In this document: piece after piece, positions 9,907-19,026 of the stretch
Numbering within the stretch: position 1 is the stretch's first letter
Layout of the letters: the number at the start of each line of letters is the position of its first letter
DNA from: a virus
Lineage: Duplodnaviria > Caudoviricetes
DNA: 37,996 bases
IMG/VR virus record: IMGVR_UViG_3300033067_001864
Span: 1 to 37,996 of that record
Reading direction: 5' to 3' (one strand)
The notes under the pieces: model-generated
Told to the model about the DNA's origin: nothing
The model's input: the letters and a program-made list of their open reading frames with translations, nothing else
Database searches by the model: none
Made by a program: the position numbers and the translations under genes

Positions 9907-11985
9907 TTATACCGGAGGCTTATCGCTTGTATTTACGATTTCCATCTCTTCGACGCCGACACGGAATCCGCGAAGCTCGATCTTGAACTGGATCCACTTC
10001 GAGCCTTTTCCGATCGGGAACTCCGAGTAGTTCGGGTCCGCGGCCGAATCGACGTATGCGAGATTCCCCTTCGTCGAGAGCTTCAGGAAGTTATCGACGA
10101 CGAACCAGAACGTATCATTCACGGCCACGTTTCGAACGGGCTCGTCGATCGTGATCGTGTACGTGCCGGCATTGAGCGTGATAGCGGTGATGTGCGCGAG
10201 GTATCCGGAACCGGCGCCGCCGATGATCTCGATCTCGTATGCGCCTTCGGTTGAACTCGCATCGAAGGCCGTCTTCAGGTTCGACATATCGGCCGTCGTC
10301 GTGAACTGCATCGACGTCGTGCCTACTACGGACCACGTGCCGAAGTCAGTCGTGCTATTGCGGAGGATCTGCGGGAAGTTCGGAGCGAGGCTCGTGCGGT
10401 ACTTCACGATCACCTTATCGTTTTCGGTGAGCATGTTTCGCAATTTGAGATAGAACTTCTCGAACTTGTCTTGAACGTTCGGGCTGAACATCTTTTGCGT
10501 GAGCATCCATCCGCGATTCTCCGAGCGGTCCATGACGAAGCCGAATGAGTCGGTTCCATCGCCGATCGCGTTATGCGGAACGTCCACGTGTCCGTATAGG
10601 AACTTCTGGAACAGCGTGAAGAAGGACGACGAACTATTGCCGGCGGCCGGGCCGGTGTTTCCGAGGAGGCCGGCGTATCCATCGAAGCCGGTCTGTCCGT
10701 AGTCGCTTTCAGGGAAGAACGCGAACTTATAGGAGAATCCGGATGCGGCCGACGTGAGATCGATCGGGGTTCCTGCGAGCGCGAGCGCGCGCGTCGATGC
10801 GACTTTGAACGTCGTCGAGGAGAGGTTGATCACGTAGTAAATCGTGTTCGGCGTGAGGCCGCCGATATTCGTACCATCGAGCGAGACGTATACGAACGGC
10901 GTGCCGGTTGCCGGGATAGAGACGCCGGTGATCACGTCGGTCCCGGTATTCACGTTTGCCGTCGCGATGTTCTGCGAATTGAGCTTCGCGCCTGAAGGAG
11001 CGTGTCGATGATAGAGGCCGACTTTCGGATCCCAGCACCAGATACCGGCCGGCTGAAGCGGATTGTATGCGTTCGTCTCCGAGTTCTTCGAAGACGCGAC
11101 GCCCTTGATCTGGAAGAGGAGCCGCTCGCCATCGACGAGGATCGCGGTGTCATGCGCGATATCGATGCGGTCGTCGATATCCGACATGATCGCGCTCGTG
11201 AAGAAAGCAGGGAGGCCGCCGATGTGATGCGTACCGTCCGTGTCTACCGTGAGGATCTCGCCGAGGCCGGTGATCGTCGTGAAGGAACTGCCGTAGCTTG
11301 CTACGAACCATGCGCGGTTCGAGCCGAGAGGGAAGGCGTAGTTCGCGCCGGCCGTCGCGCCGTCCCACAGGTATACCCATGCTTCGCGGTTGTTCGAATC
11401 CCACGTGATGATACAGGCGTACGATCGGTTGTACGCGATACCGACGACTTCGATGCCGGTCGGAAGCGAGAGGTTCGTCGTCTCCGAATAGGAGGTATTG
11501 AACTGCTTCACTTGCGCGCCGTTTCCGACAAGCAACGTGTTATTTCCCTTATGTACGCAAAGTGGATGCCGCACGCCGGACGTGAGGGAAGGAGAAGGAT
11601 CGGTCCACGCAGAGCCGTTGTAGTAGCGGAAGCCGGCCGTCGTCGATACGGTCCATCGGTTCACGAAGTACGCTTGCGAGGAGTTCGAGGATCCTGAAGG
11701 TTGCGTCGCAAGTCCATCGATCGAGATCGATACCGGAAGGCTACCGATATCTACCGAGAAAGGCGCGTTCGATGTGCCGAACAATTTCGTTACGGCCGGG
11801 CTCGTATATGCGCCGATCGGATCGCGGAACGATGAGCTATCCCCTTCATCGAAGACGTCGATCGTGCGGTTCGCGAGCGTTGCGTATCCTTCCTGATCGA
11901 ACTGAATATTCTTGGTAGCGAGAAGCGCCAGCCCACGATCCGTGTTCTGTCGTACCGCCCATTGTCCATCTACAGGAAGTTTCAT
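9907..11985 (-). CDS. Tail nozzle / tubular protein B-like (692 aa)
   Basis: Beta-rich propeller-like sequence with C-terminal KWIQFKIELRG. Follows the adaptor gene, as P22 gp10 / T7 gp12 do. Confidence 0.65.
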   Translation of the reverse strand: MKLPVDGQWAVRQNTDRGLALLATKNIQFDQEGYATLANRTIDVFDEGDSSSFRDPIGAYTSPAVTKLFGTSNAPFSVDIGSLPVSISIDGLATQPSGSSNSSQAYFVNRWTVSTTAGFRYYNGSAWTDPSPSLTSGVRHPLCVHKGNNTLLVGNGAQVKQFNTSYSETTNLSLPTGIEVVGIAYNRSYACIITWDSNNREAWVYLWDGATAGANYAFPLGSNRAWFVASYGSSFTTITGLGEILTVDTDGTHHIGGLPAFFTSAIMSDIDDRIDIAHDTAILVDGERLLFQIKGVASSKNSETNAYNPLQPAGIWCWDPKVGLYHRHAPSGAKLNSQNIATANVNTGTDVITGVSIPATGTPFVYVSLDGTNIGGLTPNTIYYVINLSSTTFKVASTRALALAGTPIDLTSAASGFSYKFAFFPESDYGQTGFDGYAGLLGNTGPAAGNSSSSFFTLFQKFLYGHVDVPHNAIGDGTDSFGFVMDRSENRGWMLTQKMFSPNVQDKFEKFYLKLRNMLTENDKVIVKYRTSLAPNFPQILRNSTTDFGTWSVVGTTSMQFTTTADMSNLKTAFDASSTEGAYEIEIIGGAGSGYLAHITAITLNAGTYTITIDEPVRNVAVNDTFWFVVDNFLKLSTKGNLAYVDSAADPNYSEFPIGKGSKWIQFKIELRGFRVGVEEMEIVNTSDKPPV

Positions 11986-11987
11986 AT

Positions 11988-12206
11988 TTAGACTTTATCG
12001 ACGAGCACGTTATAGCGCTGTCCGGCGATCAGGAACGGAATCGTGCCGTCTGCGGTAGGAGAGCTCGCGACGTACGCGCCGGCGAGTTCGAGCTCGTTAT
12101 TGCGCTTCGCTATTTCGAGATCGCCCTTCAGCTTGTTTACCGTGCGCGTGAGCTCGCCGACTGTCTTCGTGAGGTCATTGAATGCCTTTTGTGTTGCTTC
12201 ATCCAT
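11988..12206 (-). CDS. Small virion-associated hypothetical protein (72 aa)
   Basis: ORF tightly packed between the adaptor and nozzle genes, with an N-terminal coiled coil. Confidence 0.7.
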   Translation of the reverse strand: MDEATQKAFNDLTKTVGELTRTVNKLKGDLEIAKRNNELELAGAYVASSPTADGTIPFLIAGQRYNVLVDKV

Positions 12207-12207
12207 A

Positions 12208-12930
12208 TCATGAGACGTAATCGTTCGCGATCGCCGGGCGCTTCACGACGACGGGCGGGAAGTTCTCGCGGAACTTCGCGGAGTAGTGATCGACCACTTC
12301 CTGAAGGAACGCATCCCATTCCTCCTGAAGCGTGCCGGCTACGGCGAGAGAGTTCGCCTTCGCGTAATCGAGCGCCATACCGATAGCAAGTCCTTCGTGC
12401 AAGATCGAATCCCAGCCGGGCGTCGTGCTCGTGGATGTGGATGCGAACGCGACGATATCGCGCTTGATGAGCGCCTTCAGCGCGTTCGAGCGTGCGGCCG
12501 AGGAATCGGGATAGATGCGTACGCCGTTCTGAACGGGGCGGTAGTAGATCGGATCGCCGGCGGTCGTCATGAAATCGGATTCAGCGATACCCATCGACTG
12601 AATCTTTTCGAGCGTGATCTTCTTCAGCTTGCGCCAACGAGAGGATGAATCCATCCACTCCATCCCCATGATCATCTGCGCCGTCGCGAATGCGTAGAGG
12701 TTGCGCGCGGTCGTTACGAGCGAAGTCGTCGTCTCCGGAGCGCCGGAGTTATTCTGATCATCCTGAATCCACCCGCCGTACGCTTTCCATATCGCCTTCC
12801 ACACTTTGCGCGAGCGCATGTTCGCGTAGAGCGCCTTATCCTTCAGCGGGAAGGAGACGTCATTCGAGCCGGCCTTCCGGTCCGCGAGCGTACATAGATC
12901 CTGATCGTCGGAATCTCCGTTGAATACCAT
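12208..12930 (-). CDS. Head-tail adaptor / tail tubular protein A-like (240 aa)
   Basis: Helical N- and C-termini around a beta core (GDPIYY…VRIYP; HEGLAIGMALDY), typical of podoviral adaptors. ATG is 6 nt after TAATAT. Confidence 0.65.
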   Translation of the reverse strand: MVFNGDSDDQDLCTLADRKAGSNDVSFPLKDKALYANMRSRKVWKAIWKAYGGWIQDDQNNSGAPETTTSLVTTARNLYAFATAQMIMGMEWMDSSSRWRKLKKITLEKIQSMGIAESDFMTTAGDPIYYRPVQNGVRIYPDSSAARSNALKALIKRDIVAFASTSTSTTPGWDSILHEGLAIGMALDYAKANSLAVAGTLQEEWDAFLQEVVDHYSAKFRENFPPVVVKRPAIANDYVS

Positions 12931-12949
12931 GCCCCCATATTAGCGCACG

Positions 12950-13642
12950 CTACGGGTTTGAAAGTTTGCTGTGCAGATCCTTCATGATCTCCGAGATCGG
13001 ATCATCGAGGAGTTCGAGATTCGGCAAGACACAATGGCCGCCGATCGGGCCGGGGAAATCCTTCAGCACGTACTTCGAATATTGAGGTAATCCGAGCAGA
13101 GAGTACCCCTGATTGTATGTCGCATTCGAGAGCGTATAGACGAGGCTGAAATCTAGCCCGTGCGTATCGCAATAGGCGCGAATCGCCTTCTCTATGAGAA
13201 TGTTCCATCCGTAGATCGTCGTATCCCAGAGCTTCAGCGCCTCCGTATCTTTCGCGTTCGGCGTCGTCATGCACTTGATTCCCTTCTCGCTGAAGATCGC
13301 CGCGGCATCGTGAGCTCGCGCGCCTCCGAAGAACTTCACGAACGTCCGTATGCCCTCTTCGAGATTCGGATGCACGCCGCGGATCGGGGAGTGAACGGCA
13401 TCGATGCGCTCACACGTGCCGAGCGGAACGGTCGAATGAACGATAACGAGCGTCGCCCCGTGATGTTGCCGGTATGTCGCTACGTCCTCTTCGAACGTCG
13501 CCGAGTATGGGAAGCAAACGTGGATCACGTCGTATAGATCCTGTTCGGCATGGATGCTTCGGTATGTATCATGGCCGTCCGCTCCGAGAATCGAACGGAT
13601 CGCGGTCCCTACTTCGCCGAGGCCGATAACGAGATGCTTCAT
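12950..13642 (-). CDS. UDP-glucose/GDP-mannose dehydrogenase-family protein (short form)
   Basis: Motifs IGLGEVG (Rossmann), HSTVP, HSPIR, EALKL and GGHCV (catalytic Cys). Start ATG 13642 overlaps the upstream stop (ATGA). Confidence 0.8.
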   Translation of the reverse strand: MKHLVIGLGEVGTAIRSILGADGHDTYRSIHAEQDLYDVIHVCFPYSATFEEDVATYRQHHGATLVIVHSTVPLGTCERIDAVHSPIRGVHPNLEEGIRTFVKFFGGARAHDAAAIFSEKGIKCMTTPNAKDTEALKLWDTTIYGWNILIEKAIRAYCDTHGLDFSLVYTLSNATYNQGYSLLGLPQYSKYVLKDFPGPIGGHCVLPNLELLDDPISEIMKDLHSKLSNP

Positions 13643-14046
13643 TTTGAATCTTTTACGTTCTGGTAAAGGTAGCGGCCGAGAATCTCCGTAAGTGATTCCC
13701 ATGCGATGCGCGTTTCTTCTTCGGACTTGAAAGGACGTTCGATAAGGTTCCGCATCGGCTGTGTTGCGAGGTGCGCCATCTCATGCGCGATCTCTTCGCG
13801 GAACTCCTCGTCGCCCTTGCGCTTCCAGTCGTCGAGCGCGTTCGGGTAGACAGTGATCGAAGCGCGTAGGTAGTCCGTATCGACGCGGATCTCCATCGCG
13901 CATCGCGGCTTGCACGGATCGTTCCCGTCCATGTAGTGCGTATCGATCGCATATGCGCCGACGCCGAGGTTCTCGCGGTACTTCGGAATCATCTCGCGGA
14001 ATAGCTTCTTGAAACGTTCCGGGTACGGCGATTTCTTTTTAGCCAT
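13639..14046 (-). CDS. HExxH zinc-metallopeptidase-like protein
   Basis: EEIAHEMAH motif with a downstream Glu (AWESLTE). Start ATG 14046 (MAKKKSP). Confidence 0.6.
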   Translation of the reverse strand: MAKKKSPYPERFKKLFREMIPKYRENLGVGAYAIDTHYMDGNDPCKPRCAMEIRVDTDYLRASITVYPNALDDWKRKGDEEFREEIAHEMAHLATQPMRNLIERPFKSEEETRIAWESLTEILGRYLYQNVKDSK

Positions 14047-14956
14047 AGAGGTATTCAAACATGCGCGTGAAGCGATTCGCGTACGTGTGGTTCTTCGCGT
14101 GTTCATAACCGGCCGCACGGATCTCTTCGCGTTCCTTCTCGTGTTCGAGATAGTAGTTCAGCTTCTCGATGGACTCTTCAAACGTATCGAAATAGACGCG
14201 CGTTCCTTCCGGATAGTCGAGCTCGCATCCGGGGAAGCGCTTCGTGAGCGCGAAGCCTCCGGACGCCGTGATGATCCAATGCCGGTTAGAGGTATAGCGT
14301 GCAACGTCCGTGAAATGAGACTGATCGAGCACGACCTTCGAGGAGCGATAGATCGCGGGAGCGTTCTCGAATACCTTCGCGCGTAGATCCGGCCGGGAGA
14401 CGGGACCATCGAGCACCTTCAGTCCGGCCTCCTTCTGATAGCGGTAGATCTCGATCGCTCGATCGAGGAACGAGGCGCCCGTGATTTTGCCCCCTATGAA
14501 GACGAAAGGGAAGGAAAGGCGCGGTTGTACCGTAGGGCTGTAGATCTTCGAGCCTAGAGGCAAATAGAGGCACTTCCGGGCCTTCCACCCCCGCTCGTAG
14601 AAGCCGCTTTGCGCGTCATTCGATACGAACATGGCGTCGAGCTCCGAAATGTCCGCATCGATCTGCCCGGTTATGCGGCTCCGGTAGTCTCCGTACCACA
14701 ACACTATCTTTGCATTCGGCAAGCGTGCGCGGATCTCATGGCGCCAGTCGAAACGGCGGACGATATCGATCAGTCCATAGACGACGAGATCCGGCTGATA
14801 CTCCACGATCGCATCTATGTCGATGCGCGGCCGGCACGTGAAGAATTGAAACGGAACCTTCAGCGCGGCGAGGCCGTCTTGCATCCCTTCCCAGTTCGGA
14901 CAGAACTTCTCGTACTCCGGCCAGTCCGTACCGATGATCGCTACCTTGTCAGGCAT
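14039..14956 (-). CDS. Glycosyltransferase (GT-B, CgeB/Glyco_trans_1_2-like)
   Basis: Motifs YQPDLV, LWYGD, FVFIG, YRSSKVVL, SNRHW and HTYANR. Start ATG 14956 (MPDKVAIIG). Confidence 0.8.
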   Translation of the reverse strand: MPDKVAIIGTDWPEYEKFCPNWEGMQDGLAALKVPFQFFTCRPRIDIDAIVEYQPDLVVYGLIDIVRRFDWRHEIRARLPNAKIVLWYGDYRSRITGQIDADISELDAMFVSNDAQSGFYERGWKARKCLYLPLGSKIYSPTVQPRLSFPFVFIGGKITGASFLDRAIEIYRYQKEAGLKVLDGPVSRPDLRAKVFENAPAIYRSSKVVLDQSHFTDVARYTSNRHWIITASGGFALTKRFPGCELDYPEGTRVYFDTFEESIEKLNYYLEHEKEREEIRAAGYEHAKNHTYANRFTRMFEYLYG

Positions 14957-15384
14957 ATCGTGAATATGTGCCGCTCGTTCTCGCGGAATGTCGCACTCGA
15001 CCACGGGAGGAATCCGTACACGGACCCGTAGTTATCGTGCTCGTGCGTTCCCTTCAGGAAGTATTCGAACGTCTCGCGCGTGAATCGGCGCACGTCCATC
15101 GGATCGCGCATAGAGATCGCATACCGGGCGTTCGGCACGATGATCGTCGCGACGCCTCCGGGCGCCATGACGCGGTGCATCTCGTTCATGCAGAAGATCA
15201 AATCCTCTGTAGCGAGTATTTGTTCGAGCACTCCGGAGATGTAAATGTCAGTAGCTACGCCATCCTTGAACGGGAGAGGATCCTTTGAAATATCGAGATA
15301 ATGCTCCGCGCGGACTTCGCGGGAGATATCGATATTCACGTAGCCCGGCTTATAGTCCCGGCCGCATCCGAGATTCAGCTTCAT
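14941..15384 (-). CDS. Class I SAM-dependent methyltransferase (type 11)
   Basis: Motifs KLNLGCG…GYVNID, LPF and EMHRVMAPGG…VP. Confidence 0.85.
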   Translation of the reverse strand: MKLNLGCGRDYKPGYVNIDISREVRAEHYLDISKDPLPFKDGVATDIYISGVLEQILATEDLIFCMNEMHRVMAPGGVATIIVPNARYAISMRDPMDVRRFTRETFEYFLKGTHEHDNYGSVYGFLPWSSATFRENERHIFTICLTR

Positions 15385-15896
15385 GCCGGCTTGCGTGCGA
15401 GAACGTTCCCCATGACGCCGATCGAGGGATTCTGATCAGCGTATTCGAGAAGGATCGCGATGCCTTTCTTCTGAAGGAACTCGACGATCTCCGGAACGTC
15501 CTTCGGGTAGTAGCCTTGCTCGCCGTGCGGATCGAACTCCGGACCGTGCGCGGAACTCTTCCGGGTAGCCCAGCGGAAAAGGATCAGTCCTCCCGGCTTC
15601 AGGGATTCGAGTACCTTCGTCAGCGTCTCTTCCCATTCCGGATCGTGTTCGAGGTGATTCGCGGAAAGCAGAACGTCGAAGGATTCCTTCGGGAGCTTCG
15701 TGTCAGCACCCTTCATCACGACGTCTACGTTCTTCCCTTCGATCCAGTCCACGCCGAGGAACTCGCAGTCTTCGAACGGACCGCGCACGTTGCCGTTCAC
15801 GTCGAGCGCTCCGACTTCGAGCACCTTCTTCCCTTTGAAGAAAGCGGGGTAGGAGCTCTTCGCACGTTCTATGAAATTGAGGTCGAGTTGATTCAT
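15381..15896 (-). CDS. Class I SAM-dependent methyltransferase
   Basis: Motifs VLEVGALDVNG, SFDVLLSANHLEHDP and LKPGGL. Confidence 0.85.
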   Translation of the reverse strand: MNQLDLNFIERAKSSYPAFFKGKKVLEVGALDVNGNVRGPFEDCEFLGVDWIEGKNVDVVMKGADTKLPKESFDVLLSANHLEHDPEWEETLTKVLESLKPGGLILFRWATRKSSAHGPEFDPHGEQGYYPKDVPEIVEFLQKKGIAILLEYADQNPSIGVMGNVLARKPA

Positions 15897-15898
15897 GG

Positions 15899-16597
15899 CT
15901 ATTTCGTAAGATGCCGATAAAGTTCGCGCGCATACGTCTTGTCCTTCTCACGTAGAGGATCGAGCTTGAAGGACGCGCCGCCGATGTGCTCCACGAGCAC
16001 GTCTTTACGCATGATAGCGCCTCCGATCGTGCGGCCGGCACGAATAGCCCACTCGCTATCCTGCCCGTAGATATAGAAACGCTCATCGAACTTACCTACT
16101 TTCTCGTATGCGCTCTTCTTGAAAAGGAAGAAGAAGCCGCTCCATGCATCCTTGTTCCGGAAGCCATCGAACGGTTCGGCCGATCGCACGTACTGGTGCG
16201 CGCCGCCTTGCGCCGTCGATACGGGAATCACGAGGCCTGTCTCGTCGATACTTTCCATCATGCGCGTCAGCCAGCACGGCGAGAGCTTCTTCTCCGGAAT
16301 GTACGCATCGCTATCGCAGATCAGAACGTAGTCGCACGTCGCTTGCTCGACGAGTAAGTTCCATATGCGCGAGGTGTTGCGGTTATTCTCTTCGCCTTCG
16401 AGCGGCCGGTTATCGAATACGTTCAGCTTGAACGGCCAGTCGGTATTGTGGATGATGCGCGTGATCGCCTTATCGATGATCTCCGGATTCTCCTTGAACT
16501 TCAGCATCACGATCTCGACGCGCTTCGTCTCGCGGAGCGCTGATAGCGGTTCCGCGGCGAGCGCTTTCATCTCCTTGAAATCGTCTCGTACGCTCAT
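15899..16597 (-). CDS. Glycosyltransferase family 2-like
   Basis: DxD motif in YVLICDSD, plus GFFFLF and VGKFDERFYIYGQDSEW. Confidence 0.8.
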   Translation of the reverse strand: MSVRDDFKEMKALAAEPLSALRETKRVEIVMLKFKENPEIIDKAITRIIHNTDWPFKLNVFDNRPLEGEENNRNTSRIWNLLVEQATCDYVLICDSDAYIPEKKLSPCWLTRMMESIDETGLVIPVSTAQGGAHQYVRSAEPFDGFRNKDAWSGFFFLFKKSAYEKVGKFDERFYIYGQDSEWAIRAGRTIGGAIMRKDVLVEHIGGASFKLDPLREKDKTYARELYRHLTK

Positions 16598-17703
16598 AGC
16601 GGGTATCCGGACTTGATCGCGATCTTCGCGAGGCGCACGACCATCTCGACGTTCTTGCGCGTTAGCCGGTGATGGAAGGGAATCAGCGTGTAGCTTTCTT
16701 CGAGGCGGTTCATGTTCGGAAGGACGTCGAGATCTCTTCGGTTCGGCGTACGGCTGAAGATCGAATACTTATCGTTCCGGTAATGGTACGGACCCGATCC
16801 GATGTTGTAGCGCTTCAGGAGCTTATCGATCGCACGAGCTCGCGGATGCACGATGATCATCAGCCACGGGAGCGTTCGAAGGAGATAGAGATCGAGGCCG
16901 TGCGCTTCCCATTCTTCGAGATACCACGCGCGAACCTGTGCGCGCTTCTTCAGGACGTATCGAATACGGCGAAGGTTGCCGAGGCCGATCGCCGCGTTCA
17001 CGTCGTTCATGTGGTACTTGTAGCCGGCTTCCGTGAGATCCGTATCGCCTAGCCTTTGCTTCGCTTCCCGGTCGTAGCCGAACCAGCGTAAGCGACGCGC
17101 CTTTTCCGCGTCGTCGGAGTTTCCGCAAATGAGGAACCCGCCGTCTCCTGCTGTAAGAGTTTTGATAGCCTGAAGAGAGACGCAAGTGTAATCGGCTTTG
17201 CACCAATTCTCCGGACTTGCGCCGACACTTTGGGCCGCGTCTTCAATGACTCGAATACCACGTCGCCGAGCAAGTACCATAAGTTGTCCAAGGCCACTTG
17301 CTGATCCTCCGAAATTGACGAAGACGATCGCTTTCGTACGGTCCGTGATTTTCCTTTCGATGTCTTCGATGGAGGCGTTGAGGTTTTCATCTATGTCAGC
17401 AAAAACGATTTTAGCACCGCGTCGTACGAGCGGGAGATTCGTAGCGGTACAGGTGAGGACCGGAGTGATCACTTCGTCGCCCGGTCCGATGCCGGCTAGC
17501 TCGTATGCGAGTTCGAGCGCAGTCGTGCCGCTGTTCACGGAGACGACGCGGCGCCAGTTCACGATCCCTATGAACCGAGCGAACTCCTTTTCGAATTGCT
17601 TCACGACCGGACCTTCGGCGATCTGCTTTCCGGAGAGCACGATCAGCGCATAGAGGCGCGCGAGCCATGAGACGTACGGGTAAAAAAGCGGGATCTGTTT
17701 CAT
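16594..17703 (-). CDS. DegT/DnrJ/EryC1/StrS family PLP-dependent sugar aminotransferase
   Basis: Motifs VNSGTTALELA, GDEVITP, IEDAAQSVG, SLQAIKTLTAGDGG (PLP Lys) and GYKYHMNDVNAAIG. Confidence 0.92.
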   Translation of the reverse strand: MKQIPLFYPYVSWLARLYALIVLSGKQIAEGPVVKQFEKEFARFIGIVNWRRVVSVNSGTTALELAYELAGIGPGDEVITPVLTCTATNLPLVRRGAKIVFADIDENLNASIEDIERKITDRTKAIVFVNFGGSASGLGQLMVLARRRGIRVIEDAAQSVGASPENWCKADYTCVSLQAIKTLTAGDGGFLICGNSDDAEKARRLRWFGYDREAKQRLGDTDLTEAGYKYHMNDVNAAIGLGNLRRIRYVLKKRAQVRAWYLEEWEAHGLDLYLLRTLPWLMIIVHPRARAIDKLLKRYNIGSGPYHYRNDKYSIFSRTPNRRDLDVLPNMNRLEESYTLIPFHHRLTRKNVEMVVRLAKIAIKSGYPL

Positions 17704-18101
17704 ATAAATCGTGAGGCTTCTTCGTAAGTAATGATACCGCCATAGTTCGAGGCGATAGATCGATGGATGTAGTCGATCGCGTCGGCACGCTTCCTTCGAT
17801 TCGGTACATGCGCTCGCACGTATGACGCTTCGTGCTTATGCCCTTCGAGCTCCTCCTGAAGACGGAAGGCGTCGTTCCGGATGTATTCGCGCCACCATGC
17901 CGCGGGACCGCCGGGGAAGGCGAGCTGTTGCCGGACATGGATCTCTTCGTGCGCGATGATCTGCGGCGAGATGTGCGGGTTCTTGCAATGGATCGTATCG
18001 CCGTACGTGATCACGACGCCGCGCTCCCATAGATCCTTGCCGAACTTCTCTTCGATATGCGGATAGTTCACCGGCTTCTCTTGCGAGCGCTTGATCGTCA
18101 T
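17700..18101 (-). CDS. HExxH metallopeptidase-like protein
   Basis: IIAHEEIHVRQQ motif with a downstream ELEG. Translationally coupled on both sides. Confidence 0.6.
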   Translation of the reverse strand: MTIKRSQEKPVNYPHIEEKFGKDLWERGVVITYGDTIHCKNPHISPQIIAHEEIHVRQQLAFPGGPAAWWREYIRNDAFRLQEELEGHKHEASYVRAHVPNRRKRADAIDYIHRSIASNYGGIITYEEASRFI

Positions 18102-19024
18102 AGCGTCTTGCCGTCGAGATACGCGGCGATGGTATCAGCGACCGCGAGCTTCGGCGCCCATCCGAACTCGTCGGCGAATCGCTTCGAAGTCATTTCGTAG
18201 CGCATATCCATACCGACGCGCTTCCCCGGAACGGTAGGGATCTTGCGGCCGAGGTACTTCTCCGCCTCCATGATCAGGTCGAGGACCGTGCATCCGTAGC
18301 CGGCCGTGATGTTGTAGGTTCGATGCCCCTTTTCGAGAAGGATCTCCACGATCGGCGGGATCTCTTTCACGTAGATCCATTGCCGGTAGCCCATGCCGCC
18401 GTTGTGCAGGGTTATGGGAGCTCCTCCGTTCGCGGCACGAAGGAGGGCCGGGAATATCTTTCGATCATCCTGCCGAGGTCCGAAGACATTGCAGAAGCGC
18501 GATTCGACGGTTCGATCTCGCAGTTCGGGATACGTGTTGTCGTAAGCGAGACGCAGAGAGGATCCGAATGCTTTGGATAGAGCGTACGGGTTTCGAGGGA
18601 ATATGATCTCGTCTTCGGATTTGGGGTGATCACATTCTCCATACACTTCATCGGTTGAGACGTATAAAAGTTTCTTCAGTCGCTTGCACTTGCGGGCGGC
18701 TTCGAACGCATTGATCGTAGCGTTATTGTTCGCCTGAATCGTCTTCAGCGGGAACTTGATCGAGTAGTCCACGTCCGAGATCGCGGCCGCGTGGATGATG
18801 TAGTCGGGATCGATCGCGACGATCTTATCGATAGCCGCGGCGAATGAGACGTCGAGCTCGTGGAAGCGCCAATTCGGATACTGTTCCTTCCACTCCGGAA
18901 GGAGTTCCGCATGAGATCCGGCCGAGAGGTTATCGAATCCGTGGACTTCCCAGCCTTTCTTCAGGAAATACTCGACGACGTGCGAGAAGATGAATCCCTG
19001 CGATCCGAGGACGACGAGCTTCAT
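18098..19024 (-). CDS. NAD-dependent epimerase/dehydratase, dTDP-glucose 4,6-dehydratase (RmlB)-like
   Basis: Motifs GSQGFIFSH, HAAAISDVDYS, STDEVYG, PYALSKA (YxxxK) and RFCNVFGPRQ. Confidence 0.88.
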   Translation of the reverse strand: MKLVVLGSQGFIFSHVVEYFLKKGWEVHGFDNLSAGSHAELLPEWKEQYPNWRFHELDVSFAAAIDKIVAIDPDYIIHAAAISDVDYSIKFPLKTIQANNNATINAFEAARKCKRLKKLLYVSTDEVYGECDHPKSEDEIIFPRNPYALSKAFGSSLRLAYDNTYPELRDRTVESRFCNVFGPRQDDRKIFPALLRAANGGAPITLHNGGMGYRQWIYVKEIPPIVEILLEKGHRTYNITAGYGCTVLDLIMEAEKYLGRKIPTVPGKRVGMDMRYEMTSKRFADEFGWAPKLAVADTIAAYLDGKTL

Positions 19025-19026
19025 GC

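Noticed and set aside
14941-15896. DNA methyltransferases or restriction-modification genes
   Set aside because: No DPPY/NPPY or PCQ catalytic motifs. They resemble small-molecule/sugar methyltransferases within a glycan cassette.
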